Source: Klebsormidium nitens
Lineage: Eukaryota > Plantae > Klebsormidiophyceae
Direction of reading: 5' to 3'
Length of the DNA stretch: 64,000 bases
Assembly: GCA_000708835.1 (NCBI GenBank)
Contig: DF237199.1
Coordinates: forward strand, 58,207 to 122,206
Part shown: in pieces, positions 37,453 to 50,319 of the stretch
How positions within the stretch are numbered: the stretch's first letter is position 1
Layout of the letters: every line of letters starts with the position of its first letter
Program-made: the position numbers and the translations under genes
Notes under the pieces: generated by a model
What the model was told of the DNA's origin: nothing
Database searches by the model: none
The model's input: the letters and a program-made list of their open reading frames with translations, nothing else

Positions 37453-39960
37453 ATGGAGGTTCTGCGGAGCCGCGCCCTTATCCCTGTCCAAGATGAAAAG
37501 GAGAATGCTGTCCTTGGCAAAGGTGAGAACTGCTGGCCTTATGATTTGCATACGCTTGAAAGCATGTTGAGATGCTAGGCAAGCAGGGACAATTGTGAGA
37601 CTACTGTTGCACTCTTTGAATGTATTGCTGACATTGGATTCCCAAGGCAATGGAGGTGTAGACTACTGCACCCAGAAAGGAACAAGAGGCTGTTGGGTTG
37701 CAGACATGCACGGAAAGAGCAGATGAATTGATCTTCGCGAAACTGGCAAATGCAGGGTCAATGAATGCAGCTAGGCATTGATCTTTGAACAAGATGGTTT
37801 GTGAAGCAGAAGCTGCTTTTCAACGTTGGGACACTCTAATCAATAAATGTACATTTGGGCGATGCCATTGCTGCTCATGTTTACCAGATGCGGGAAGTTG
37901 CTCTACTGCAATAAGAAGAGTAGAGCCAACAGATAAAATGTCTCTTTTTGCATACTTCAGCAAGTCTGAACACTTGTTGGAACAAATCACAGCATTGTTC
38001 TGCATCTCCAGGCAACTTCAAAGAGGGCGCCGGCTTCCCTTCTGCCTCCAAGCCTGGCATGCAGTCCCGCAAGGCTGGATCCACCAAGCAAGTAACCCTG
38101 CTGGTCCCTGAAAACCCTGGGCTGTCAGCCAAGACTCCCGGCCCTTCTGCAAAGACCCCTGGTCGGAGGGCCCTAGGAGATATCACTAACGCAGGGCAAG
38201 GCAGCAAGGCAGCCAAGACCCCAAAGCTCAAGGCAGACGGCCTCAAGGCAGTGCAGACGCCGGCAAGGAGGGCCCTTGCAAACATCACCAATCAGGCCCA
38301 AGTGCAGTTGCAGAGAAAGGCTGAGCAGGGGCTTAGGGAAACAGTAGCAGAGAAGGCGGTTGAGGTTGAGGGGCTGGTTAGCACTGCTAGAGAGGCTGCG
38401 AGCGACAGGGAAAGGAGAGCCGTCAGGCGGACGGCGAATGGGAGGAGGATAGTGGCGGGGGTGAAGCTCCGGTTGAGCGCCCAGGAGAAGGCGGAGATTA
38501 GGGAGAGGGCGACAATGCTGGCGGAGACGGGGATCGAGCACGTGCATGTGACGGGGCAGCAGGTGGAGGAGCTGCGCGCCAGGCAGGAGGAGAAGGGTGA
38601 GAGCAGCCATGCTCTGATGCAAACAAAGTGCTCTGCCGTCTTGAGATTCATCTGCGCAGTACCTGAGGCTTACTGAGAGCCGACGCACTTTTGGTCTCTC
38701 CCTCCTCTCAACCACAGCAGATTTGGGATTACTGGTCTGACAAGTAAGCTCCGCAGGGTATCCAATTTCTTCTGCCAGCTGTCACGTGGATGCAACTTGG
38801 TCATTCAAATAAAGTCGACCTTATTGCCGAGTTTTGAATCACATGAGTCGAAAGCCTGTGGCCCTCTTCTAGACCATAACACATGGTGGCTGTGGTGTGC
38901 AGACGTGACAGGGAGCATGCGACGGCTGCTGGGCTTGGACAATGATGACCGTCCTTTTGTCTTTGAAACAACCTCTGCATCTGACCTGGTAAGATTGGCT
39001 TTGCAACCCCCTCCAGTCTCCAGCTGTTTCGCACAGCCTCTTCCAAACCGGTCAAAGTAGAATGATTCTTGTAGATAACCCTGATCTTTCAACAGGTACA
39101 ATCAAGTCCCAGGAGGATCTATTGTTCTACGAGATTGGAAGACAGTTCGCTTGTGGTAGAACAACACTGAAAGGTGCCGGCATTCCTGGCTCCGTCATTT
39201 AGCACAAGAGCTTTCATATAAGCATGAGGATAAGATCTGGAAGGATGATATCCAGCTTCTCATTCTGAAATGATGTGCATTTGGTAGCCAGGCTTGAGAT
39301 GCTGCTAGAAATTGCTCGAGAGAAGGCCATCTACGGATTTGCGGGGTCAAGTGCGCGGAGTCCAGCGGCCGTGTGCAGTGCTGAGCTCAGGCAGCGGCGG
39401 ATTCAGGCTTGCATACTTGTTCTCCAGGGTAAGAGGAGCCAGCAGATCGTGCTGCTTCTGGTCCTGCCCACATGTGGGCATGTTCAACCCTGGCCCATCA
39501 ACATTTCTGTGCCGTTTTTGTGCAGGCCCCTGCTGACGATGAGAGCCGGCTCGAGCCTATCGATGTGTCACAGCCGTCCTCCCCCGACTTCAAAGCAACA
39601 GGTAAACGCAAAAGCCAGTCGATGCTGCGCGCAGAACAAGACTCGATGTTGCTTCTTACGCATGAGTATATCATGCACCTACATGGTTTCCCCTGCTTTT
39701 CAGGTAGAGCAAAAGGTCGGTTTGATATCCATGTTGGATCGTGACAATTGTCTTTGGAGCATGTTGCTCAAACGTGCTGTTGAACATGGCCAGCCAACAA
39801 AATCTGCTCCGCTCCCGCAGCTCGCTCCTCGGCGCTCAGCACTTTCGACGACAACGACATTCTGCGGGCGTCTCTTGACGTCCTTCCCTCGCTGTCTGAC
39901 CGGGAGCTGGACTTCGACTGGCAAGACGAAGACATGGAGGTCGAATCGGACGCGGACTGA
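37453..39960 (+). CDS. KEN-box / double D-box APC/C substrate, securin/PATRONUS-like
   Basis: Exons 37453-37522 (QDEKENAV), 38012-38596 (RRALGDITN, RRALANITN, ETGIEHVH), 38903-38988, 39526-39601 and 39821-39960 (acidic tail), all phase-compatible. The gene itself is well supported; securin identity is inference. Confidence 0.7.
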
Positions 39961-40905
39961 GTCGCCTCTATTCCGCAACCCGGCCTCCTAAATCGAGTCC
40001 GCATACTCGTAAATTGTCCACAATCTTTCAAGTTTACTGTTTTACTAAAAGGATCAGGCGGGTTCGGTGGATGTTGATAGTGACTTTTTTAAAAAAGGCG
40101 ATACCTGCTACTGAGGAGGTTTATCTATCCACGGGCCGTAACGCATCATGTATGACATGCACCACGCTTCATGCGTGCATGCTGCCTGCCCCAACAGGCA
40201 TCAAGAACGGCCCAGGTTGCAAGCTATCACGTACACCACGATGGTACGGAGCTCACTGCGCAGGCTGCATGGGTGCCCAGCATCGTTGCATGCTGTGAGC
40301 TGCTCACAGGCTGCAGGCAACTATGAACTGTTGCGTTCAGCTTACATGGGCATGCGGATCGTATGCATACGGTATCACATGGTATGCCAGTTGCATCGGT
40401 TTAATTGGGCCAATTTCATTTGGTAGTAATGGCATATCATATATGCATGTGCACATGCGATCCGTGGCGCCGCGCGCTTGTGGCAACGTTGTGGACTCAA
40501 CGTTCCACAAGTTGATTACCACATCGATCATGCAGTATATATGGCATGTTGCAGCAAGCTGACCGCGACGGTGAGTCCGCAATCGACGCACTCGGACATG
40601 GTCTCACGCCGGGTCCAACTAACTAGCTATCGACTTGACAAGATATATCACGCAGCCGCCGGGCCGCCCATGCATGATATAATTGATGGTCTGCAATAAG
40701 TGCGTGTCCATGCATGACTCATTCATACTGAGAATCCCTCATGCAAGGCTTTCCGTGAACTTTGGAGGCACTCAGTACGTCGTGACAAGGAAGTATTCTC
40801 TGTAAACAAGTACCTCACCGCTTGGGGAAAGTAACCTGTACAAGCTCCACGTACTCGCATCAACTTACAGCGAATCAGGTTCAATTTCCCCGTTCCCCAG
40901 CATTG

Positions 40906-43900
40906 TCATCTAGTGCTGGCTCTTTCGGCATTGATCTTCGTAGGCAGCAACTCGGCCATCTCTCTGCACACTTGCACCCGTTCGTCCATGCCCTTCACCG
41001 CGTGCTTTTCGACGTACTTCAAAAAAGCGGTGTACAGTTCCAAGCTTGTGACCAAATGCTCTATTCTGCGCTCCTCATTTTGCTTGTCGTACAATTTGTA
41101 GTATAACATAGCCAGCTGAACCTGCGCGAGCAAGTATTCTTCTTCCTCTCCCTCGGGAACCTTTTCCGGCACCTTCCCTTTCGCATCCCGGAAACTGTCC
41201 AGGAAAAGCGTGTAGAACTTAACCGCATCCTTCGCGGCAGGCCCGTACTTTGCGAACGGGCGGCTGTGGCTCAACCGCACGTCGACGATCTCCTGGTTAA
41301 TGCACGCTAACTCGTAGGTTAGCTGCCGCCAAACGCCGGAGAACGCGCTGGGGTTAAGGGCGCTAACTAAGGGTTCTAATCTCGTGGCCCGACGCTTGTG
41401 TAGCTGGCAGACGCGGCTTTCGTTTGACTCCAGGAACGCGAGGTACTTGTGAAGCGTGCTGATGTCAAACAGGATGCTGCAGTGGTCGGTCACGTGCCCA
41501 TCCAGCCGGTAGTACTGCACAAAGGAGGCACGGGCTAAGCATTAGGACCATGAGAAAGGGACTAAGAGAAGTCAGCCGAGTATCGTATCTCCTTCAGCAT
41601 GACACAGTCTTGCAGCGAGAATCGAAGGCTTCCTGATGAAGGACGAGCCTTTTGGCGTTCGGAACCTGGAAAAGTGGACAGGACTGGAGCATCAAAGCAT
41701 CTACGTAATCGGCCGTCCGCACGCAAAAAGCGATAGGGGGACGCCCCTTACCTCGAGCGCACCCTTGAAGGCCGCCATCCCCTTGTTGAACTGCTTGACC
41801 GCATCCTCGTACAAGCGCACCCCCCCAGTCTCGTCGCACCCGCTTAGTGCACCCGTCGAGGGAAGGTTGAGGCTCTCAAACCGCAGCTGTCGTTGGGTGG
41901 GCTTAGAATCTTGCTGCCCGTCCGGTTGCGGCGGGGCTTTGCCAGCGGACGCCTTGCCGTTTGCGGGCGGCTGGAGATTGCTGCGATCCTGCAGAACCGC
42001 CGGCGCGGGCCCCGGGCCGCTTGCTGCGGAGAGGGCGTTCTCGTCGGCTGCGCTGGTGAAGAGGGACCGGGAGTTGCCGATAATTTGCATGTGCCTGCCG
42101 CAGAAGAAAGACTCGTTGGTCGAATTGCTCGAAATAGGTGCTGAAAGAGGTGGAGAGTGGAAGCGGACCTGAAATTCTGGTGCTCGGCCTGCGGTTCATT
42201 AAGGTAGAAGCCGAGGCGGCTATGTTGCTGATTTGAGCTTCTTCAGTACGTGATGCAAGGTGTACAAGGGCGACCTTGCACCCCTTTGTCCACTGCTCGA
42301 GCTATTGATCATGCTGTCCAAGCAGTGCCGTGAGGTGTCAACTAAAGGGAGAAGAGGCTGTAAACGAACCCTCATTCTTCGGGTTATTGGCTCGAATCCT
42401 GAAACTCCCTAGGTAGAGAGAAAAACTTCGTCCCCACGAAATTCAAGGCCCTTACTCCGTCGACCCGCAAGGAGGACAACACGAAACGACAGAGGTCCTT
42501 CGATAGACAGACACTCACAGTCTGCCCCAGCCAATCAACACGTTCGCCACCACGTCTCCACCATTCTCCGTCTGCAGTGTGATGCCCGCCCGTTCCAGAA
42601 CCAAGCTTGCCGCCGCCAAACAGTGAGCGGCCGTCTCGTAATCGCCTTGCTGAACGAAGTAGCCAGAGACCTGCACAAGTGGTAGATTCGGATCTTCTTC
42701 TTGTGCGATCCTGGGCGGCCAAGGCGAGCTGCCGAGAAGGCTGAAAGTTCGAAGCCAAGAGGAGCTTTTGCCCAGACATTCAAGAGATGCGAATCTGGAG
42801 AACTGACCGAGTAGAAGGAGGCAATCTGCTGTTCACCAGCAACTAATCACCGGTGGACGGAGATAGCTCCGGACCAAAGGATCGGTTTCGAGTCCTTAGC
42901 ACGTTGCAGGATTGCAGAGCTCTATATGCCATCCCCCTTTGTTTAACGATCCTACATACCTTTTTTCATTTTGAGTATCATGTTTGATATTTCCGGGCGC
43001 CTACCTGTGCGCAGTTCTGTGCCCATTCAAGCGGCTCAAAGTTGTGGCCCATGCGCAGCTGGCGGTCCAGCGTGATGCCCAGGAACTCTGCCATCTGGTC
43101 CTGCTGCCGGGAGTGGCCGTACACTTGAGCCAGGTAGAACGCCGTCATCGTGTACAGAAACTCCGCCTTCTCTCTCGATCCACCCTCCGATTCCTTTTCT
43201 GCGCTGGTTTCTGTCTTAAAACCGCTTGTCTCCGGGGCTGGCTCTGGCTGTCTATCGCCGCTGCTGGGAGGGACGTCAAGTGCAGGCTTGCTGGCTGAGG
43301 TGGAACTATTTTCAGTGTTCTCGAACTCTTCAGTTCGTTCCGGACTTGGCTCTGAACCTGCTTCGATCCTACTATTCTGCTCCTCCGCAGAAGTTCCCCG
43401 GTCCACAGATGGCCCACGATTTCCGGCGTCTGCCGGACCAGTACCTGTAACTGCTTCCGAGGGTGGACCTTGGTAAGCTTCGATGTCAGGGCATGGTGCA
43501 CGCGAAACTGGAGCGGCCACCTGTGTTGGTGCACGGTACTTGTGGTAGAGCCGCTGTGCTTCCAGCAGGTAGGACTCAGCCTTCTTCTGCTCGTCACGGT
43601 TGCTCCAGATGACACCCAGCAGGTTGTACGCATCCTGTAGGGCCTCCACGTTGCGCTCCTCCAAAATCTGCACCCAGACTTTCGTTCAGTTGAGACGGCC
43701 AGAGGAAAACAACTTCGAATGCATTTAAGCACAAGCTGAGTGTAGGAATGCGTTCTCATCTGAAAGTAATCGCGTCTGAGAGTTTCACCATACACCAAAA
43801 GCACCTGGTGACAACTTCGATGTACATTGAGAGCTACCACTTGAGAGCTGAGACCTAAAGTGATTGATAAGGATCAACTGAAAACAGCGACAACCTAAGG

Positions 43901-44852
43901 GCTTCAAGCTGAGCTGCCACATCAGCGCACAAACATTTGTGTGGAGCAAAGATAATAACAAAATGGAGCTTTTCAAGAGTCAAAGGTGATGCCAAACTCC
44001 TACAATGAGTAGAAACTGAATTGAAAAAGGATACAAAAAGCCACAAACCGTGACGGAGCCTTGAAAAAAGTACTGCTTGCAAGAGTCCAACCAGATGAAA
44101 GCCCCTGCCAGCCACACGGCCAATCCTTGGGGCACTTCCGCTTAAGTTCTGTTGGATCATACACAAGAAGAACTGAATGATAGGTGGTGGCATGATACCT
44201 TCAACTGTAACGAAGCACTTGTGAGAAGCTTGTCAGCCAGTGATGGGTCTTCTGTGTCGAGAGCGAGGGTGCCTCTCCTCAGATCAAGCATAGCAAGCAT
44301 GTCCTTGCATTCAGCCTGCACCGTTGGAATGCAAGTAAGTATCAAGCTGAAAGATTTGACAGTCTACGAAACGAATTTGCAACCATTGAAAGCTTGTCAT
44401 GAGCTAGTGCATCAGTATTCCCAAGATTTTGAAAGTGCTTACAGTTTGCGTCGTCTGCATCAGAGTATAAGCAACTGATTGTGCTTGATCAAGAAACACC
44501 TGCACAGAGCTTATAGAAGACAGGCTACAGATTGGAGCTGAAAGGCACGTTCTAGGGGCTGCAGAAGCCTGAGGGAGTATTGGATCAGCTGGAACAACAG
44601 GGGAGAATGATGCAAGACCTTGCTCACCTTCTCCTCTGGACATAAGAGGCCCTCTGCTCGAGAATATGCGGCTCCCTGGTGTCTAAGGTTGCTCAGCTTT
44701 TCAATTGCCAGGTACTTAGACTTGAAGGGCTCATTCTCAGGGTCCTCCACTTTGCTCAGCTCCTGAGCTTCCAAGACAGTGGGGATGTAAGTGTCGTGCA
44801 CATAGGCACTCCATGGCTTTGAAGGAGAACTTAATGAGCTAGATTCAGCCAT
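40906..44852 (-). CDS. KIFBP: KIF-binding protein (KBP/KIFBP) homolog
   Basis: EDPENEPFKSKY in exon 44852-44628; LGVIWSNR...AESYLLEA and YTMTAFYLAQVY...LEWAQNCAQ in exon 43667-43005; SRHCL near 42330; LRFESL...LEYYRLDGHVTDH...HKRRATRLEPLVSALNP in the last exons, with the stop at 40906. Exon borders between 42200 and 42960 are unresolved. Confidence 0.88.
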
Positions 44853-45161
44853 CCTGTGCCGCCTCTTGATCAGTTGAAGTAAAGGGGAAGCGTCAATCAA
44901 TTGGAAAAGGAGCACAATAGGCCGCAGATGTGCAGTAAAATGCAGTGTGCTGATCGTACGTGAGGGGGTTTGGAGTTTCAATGGTTGCCAGTAAGGGAGA
45001 GCTCGATTATTGAAACGTGCAAAGAGGCCTCCAGGGACGGGGAAGGAAAGGTTTGGAGAGGAGGGAAGCGTCCCCAGCAGTGGCAGAACTGCACAGTGAA
45101 AATGCAATTTTTGCCAAGTGCTGCCACTGCACGTTGCTCGACTCCTTCAGGACTACCGACG

Positions 45162-45366
45162 TACCGTACTGCTTTTTTCCACCTATAATTTCGGCAAAAA
45201 ATATATAATTATTTGGCCTGCTGAAAATTTTAAATAATTATCCAAGAGCGATGATGGTCGATAACGGTTCTTTTTAGCAGGTAACGCTGAGTCTGCCGAA
45301 AGTTTCAAACGTTTCATAATGAACTATTTTGCGTCGAAGGTGCCGATATTAAAAAGCAGTACGGTA
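45162..45366. mobile_element. About 200-bp Tc1/mariner (Stowaway-like) MITE
   Basis: TA + CCGTACTGCTTTTT (45164-45177) ... AAAAAGCAGTACGG (45351-45364) + TA: a perfect 14-bp TIR with a TA target duplication and an AT-rich interior. Confidence 0.72.
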
Positions 45367-45718
45367 GTACCGGTAGTAGGAGTCGGAGTGACCATCTTTC
45401 TCACATCTCACATCTTTGCCAACAAATATCCAAATTTTCGTGATCGGACGCGTCAATTTTTGTTGGAGCAGAAGCCGCTTTCTTTTCCCGTATAATAGGG
45501 ACCAGTTTGTGATGAGTCCGGAGGTAGAACAAGGCTGTGCTTAGAGAAGAAGTCTGAAGGACGTCAATTCTAATACATTAAATACGAGAGAATATCTGGT
45601 CGGTCAGCAACTTCCGTTTGAGCTGCGGCAATCTTCATTCTCATAGGAGCGGGGAGTGGGTGGGCGCGAGCAGGGAAGCAACGGGATAAGGCCCAGGGAG
45701 TGTCTCTGAGGAGCAGCC

Positions 45719-48700
45719 ATGGCGGACACAGTGCACTATCTGATGGAGCAGATGGTCCCCGAGCTGGAGGACCTGGAGAGGAGGGGCCTCTTCAAGAAGG
45801 CGGAGATCAAGCAGATTGTAAAGAAGTGAGTGGTCCACTTCCCGCTATATTGCAGCGAAAGATTGTAGTGCGGTCCGTCCAGGCATATGGCTAGCTTTGA
45901 AGCCTTTGGCAAATCGGCAGCTTTCTGGCACACCATACTTGCATTTGATATTTTGCCAGGCTGCTGTTCAGATTCTGAAACCATTACCAATTTTTAAGGG
46001 GTTTGCAAACATCAATCTGATGGCTTTCTTAGGCGTGGCAGATAGCGCACAAGGATAGCTTTTGCAGGAGGTGCAGAGTGAAGATACTGGACTTGTGCTG
46101 TTCTTCATGCTATTATGCATCCTCAATGTCTTGTAGCTGAAGTGTGATGTCAAGAAAGATAACCAGACTTCTGATGACAGGAGCGTTGGAAAATCAGCAA
46201 GCACCACTAGTTCGAAAACACACACTTGCACACCACCCTTTCATCGTGCTGAAATGGTGAATACACACTGATCCGCCAGCAATGCTGGCTTGATCCCTTC
46301 GACTACTTCACTGTCATGCAGCTTGTGATGGTTTCTTTTGCATTCTGTTACAGGCGTCAAGATTTTGAGTATCTGCTCAAGAGACGCCGAGGCCTGAAGG
46401 AGGACTACCTCCGCTACATTGACTCCGAGACAAAGCTAGAAGCGCTGAGGCAACATAGGAAGAATCTTCTGCTCAAGCAGCTGCAGGTATGGTTTGTTGG
46501 CCTGTCGCCCAGCTTTGCAAGTGCGGCACATTACGTCCTGTTGGTCAAAATGATGGTCGGGCCCGCTTTTGCTGGATATACCTACTTCCTTTCTGATGTT
46601 ATTGTTGATGACAGATGAGCAGGTTGTCTGAATTGCAGTGATTGTGCGGCACACAAGATAACCGAGTTGTGCGTCCCATGCTGCCCGCAGGCTGACAACG
46701 CGCGCGTGCGCTGGCGGTCCAGCCTGAGCGACCATGCAATCACACGGCGCATCATGTTCATCTATGAGCGCGCCAGCCGCAAGTTCAAGGGGGACCTCGG
46801 ACTCTGGTTTCACTACCTGGAGTACTGCCGCAGCAAGAGTGGGTCCAGGCAGATGCAGAAGGTGTGTAGGTCCTAGACAGTAGTCGTTCTGAGCTGGCAA
46901 TTAAGGAAGTTGAGGGGCGCGAGCTGGCCAGACTGTAAAAGGAATGCGGGCCAGATGGGCGTCTCATTGATTAGCACAAAGTGGTGGCATGTGATCGCCG
47001 CGGTTGGACACTTGTTTTGGAATCAGTGACCTAGGTGGGCGAGTGTTGGGTATCTTCGGCTTCAGTAAACTCTGGTATCTCCAAACTCCGAATTTGAACG
47101 AGCTTCTAGAGATCTTTTCAAGGCCAGCTATACTGGAAAATGTGGTGCCCCCTTCTTACCCCACCCCCAAAAAAAGGTCTTTAATCTCAGCTCGATTTAG
47201 AACAGGACTGGAGAGTTATTGCCCTTCACTTGGGAAGTGTAAGGCACTCTTCGCTGCAAAGAGAATAGACAATCCAAGAAGTGGCTGATGCTTGCATCAC
47301 GTTGGGACGAAGGCCCGTGCCTGGTCTCTGGCGCAATTGTCCCAGTAGTCAAGAACCCCGCTCTCCTATTCGCAGGTCCTGACAAAAGCCCTCCAGCTGC
47401 ACCCTGCGCGCCCCGCCCTCTGGATCTACGCAGCCGCATGGGAGTTCGAAGCAAACCAGAACGCCGCGGCCGCACGGTCGCTGATGCAGCGCGGCCTGCG
47501 CATGTGCCCCAAGTCGGGGCAGCTCTGGCTGGAGTACCTCAAGATGGAGCTCACCTACGCGCAGCGCCTCAAGACCCGTCGTGAGATCCTTGGGCTTGGA
47601 GGGGCTGCAAACCAGTCTGGCAACGGAGGGGAAGCCGCACCGGAAGCAAAGAGGCAGAAGGTAGAAGAATCCAGGGCAGCAGCTGAAACCTCGAATGGGG
47701 CGTCAGCAAGTCTTGATCAGCTTGGGTATAAGGTCGCGGCAGCCACGTTCCAGAACACGATTGCCAGTGTCCCTGATAATCTGGAACTGCGGGTGCGGTT
47801 TTTGGAGGTATTGGAGGGGTTCGACTTTGACGGTTTGGAGCAACTAGAGGAGGAGGTTTATGCTAGCATTGAGAGGGACTTTGCGAGCAGCGAAGACGGG
47901 CGGGCCTGTTTGGCGCTGCGGTGGGTGAGGGATCAGCGCAGGGGCCGCGGCAGGGTGGGGGCATTGACCCCGTCAGAAGCGCGAGGGAAGACGGCAGAGA
48001 CGTTTCGAGAAGCTCTCGAGGCGCAAGCAACGCCCAGAATGGCAGAGTTGTATGCTGCCTTTCTGGATGACTGCATACAAGAGCTGAGCGCAGATGGGGC
48101 GGGAACTTCGAAAGGCAAAGGCGGGATTGGGAGTGTTTCAGATGCAGTCGACTTGCTACTCAAACACCTAGCTGTGTGTAGAGAGAGGGGCCTGGCGTCG
48201 GAGCCAATGACGGAGCGCCACGTGGCACTGCTGCTGCAGCGGGGTGATCGAGCAGCCGCCTTGGAAACCGCGGCTGCTTACTGCGAGGGAGGGTTCGAGG
48301 GGTCTGCGCGGATGTGGGTGCTCAGGCTGGGGCTGGAAACATCGAGGAGCGGGGGAAAGGGAGAGGACAAAGAGGAGCGGTTGGACGCGCTGTTTGAGAG
48401 GGGGCTCAGAGCGGTGCCGCTCAGCGAGGTGACGCCCGTCTGGAGCCTGGTGAGTCGCTGGAACGATGCTGTCCCCTATTGAATCATTTTGGTCTTCTGC
48501 ACGACGCGTATTATGGTTCAGTCCTGGATGTGGTGCTTTGGGACGATCTTGGGGAGTTTGTGTGAAGCGACAGAACCCAGGACTTACTGTTTGAAAGAAA
48601 CAGTAGTAGCTTTTTGCCTGGACGAGATACACTCGCAGCGTCCCAGCTTTCTCGTCCAGAATTTTATGCTTCCGTAGGCAAAGAGTATCGAACGATGCGT

Positions 48701-50319
48701 TTCGAACTTCCAGCGCACGTCATATCTCCAAAAGCCCGCTCAGCGACTTACGCGCGTCCAGATGCACTTTCGACTCTTCCTTGAGTATCTGCAACCGCCA
48801 ACTATACCATCCCCTTCTTGCTTCCGCTTCAAGCTTGTCATCAAGTACAAATATTTCCTCAGTTGTTAGGTCATTGAGTGGCGACGCACATTTATCTGAC
48901 ACCCTTCTCACCGCGATCTCGAACTCGCTCTCTTTTCAGCAGTCTCGCTGATTACTGCCTCGTCGCTTGATGCCGCAGGCTGCCGAGCGTGCCTCTTTGC
49001 GAACTGCTTCTGCGGACCGTCTCCTCGTTGCTGCTGAGGCACGGGTGCAGAGCGGCACTGGCTCCGACGGGAAGGGCCTCGCGTGTGCGCTCGTCGACTG
49101 GACCCTGCTCAACAAAGGGCTGCCAGCCGCACGCAGACTCTACTCCAGGTAACTCAAATTCAGCCACGATTGGAGGGAGCATTTCTCGCATCGCCCAGCC
49201 CATGGCACAAGAGAGTATTCCCTGCTCTCATGACCTTTGACGCGACTCCTTGTCTCCGACTTATGTGCCTCGCCACACTTATCTGTGCATTCTGATGGCT
49301 CGTGACGACCAATTTCCCCATTTCGCTCTCGGAGCTGACTGATCTCTAATCATACTCGAAAGTGTGCATAAAACTGCAAGAATGCTTCTTGTTGCGGATG
49401 CCCCTCTTTTTCGTGAAAAACAATTGGTTTTGAGTTCAGCGACCTTCATTTGAGCATCAGCATGTTTTGATCTGTTTGCATCTCGGTTATTGGGAAGGGC
49501 CATCAACAGGACCTTCGCTTAACCATTTGCGAGGCTTGCAGGCGTGGTCATCGTTTGTAAAGCACAGCCGGTTCCCGAGTATCCGCCGAACCTGCTTAAT
49601 AGTCAGTCGCAACCTCTCAACCTCTTACAGGCTGCTGGCTCTCCCCGGGCCCGGCCTCGCCCTTTACAAAAAGTGCATCCAGCTCGAGAGCCTGGCGTGC
49701 ATCAACGGCGCGGCAGCTAGCATGGCGGCGATTCGGCCGCTGTTCGAGGCGGCGTTGGAGGTGCATAGTCAGGCCTGGGAGCTGTGGCTCGAGTACTGCA
49801 AACAGGAGATGCAGGTGAGCGCTTTGCGGTCGGCTCTCAGAGAATGTCTGACTCACGATAGCCAAGTAGGAGGCTGATGGCCTTGGCCGGCTCCGTCTTT
49901 TCCCAACTTCGCCCTTGGTTCTTTTGCTTGCCGTGGAAGGACACGTTGTTGTCGGGGCTGTCAGCATTGAAATGTGAGGTGTGGGTTGCACAGATCTGCA
50001 GCTGAGGTGCCTCGTCGCAGTACTGTAGCTGTTGCCCTTACCGTTTCGTCCCATTTATGTTTGGTTTTCAAGGTAGTCTTGCAGGTGTAATTCAAGTTGG
50101 CTTGTTTGTTTTAACTTCAAGCGTCAGACGAAGTTCGAAGTACGTAGGGTGCCGTGCAGAATGCATTGTCTTGACATGTACTGGCCGGTCTTTAAAGTTC
50201 TCCATCTGCTTTGTCTGCAGAGCGGGCAGACTCAGAAAGCTGCAGCACTTCACTGGAGGGCCAAAAAAGCTCTACACGACCCGTCACCATTTCTAGACGG
50301 CTATAAGGACATTGCATAA
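45719..50319 (+). CDS. UTP6: U3 snoRNA-associated protein 6 (HAT repeats)
   Basis: MADTVHYLMEQMVPELEDLERRGLFKKAEIKQIVKKRQDFEYLLKRR; FKGDLGLWFHY; ALQLHPARPALWIYAAAWEFE...ARSLMQRGLRMCPKSGQLWLEYLKMEL. Exons 45719-45825, 46354-46486, 46691-46861, 47376-48449, 48979-49148, 49631-49814 and 50221-50319. Confidence 0.95.
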
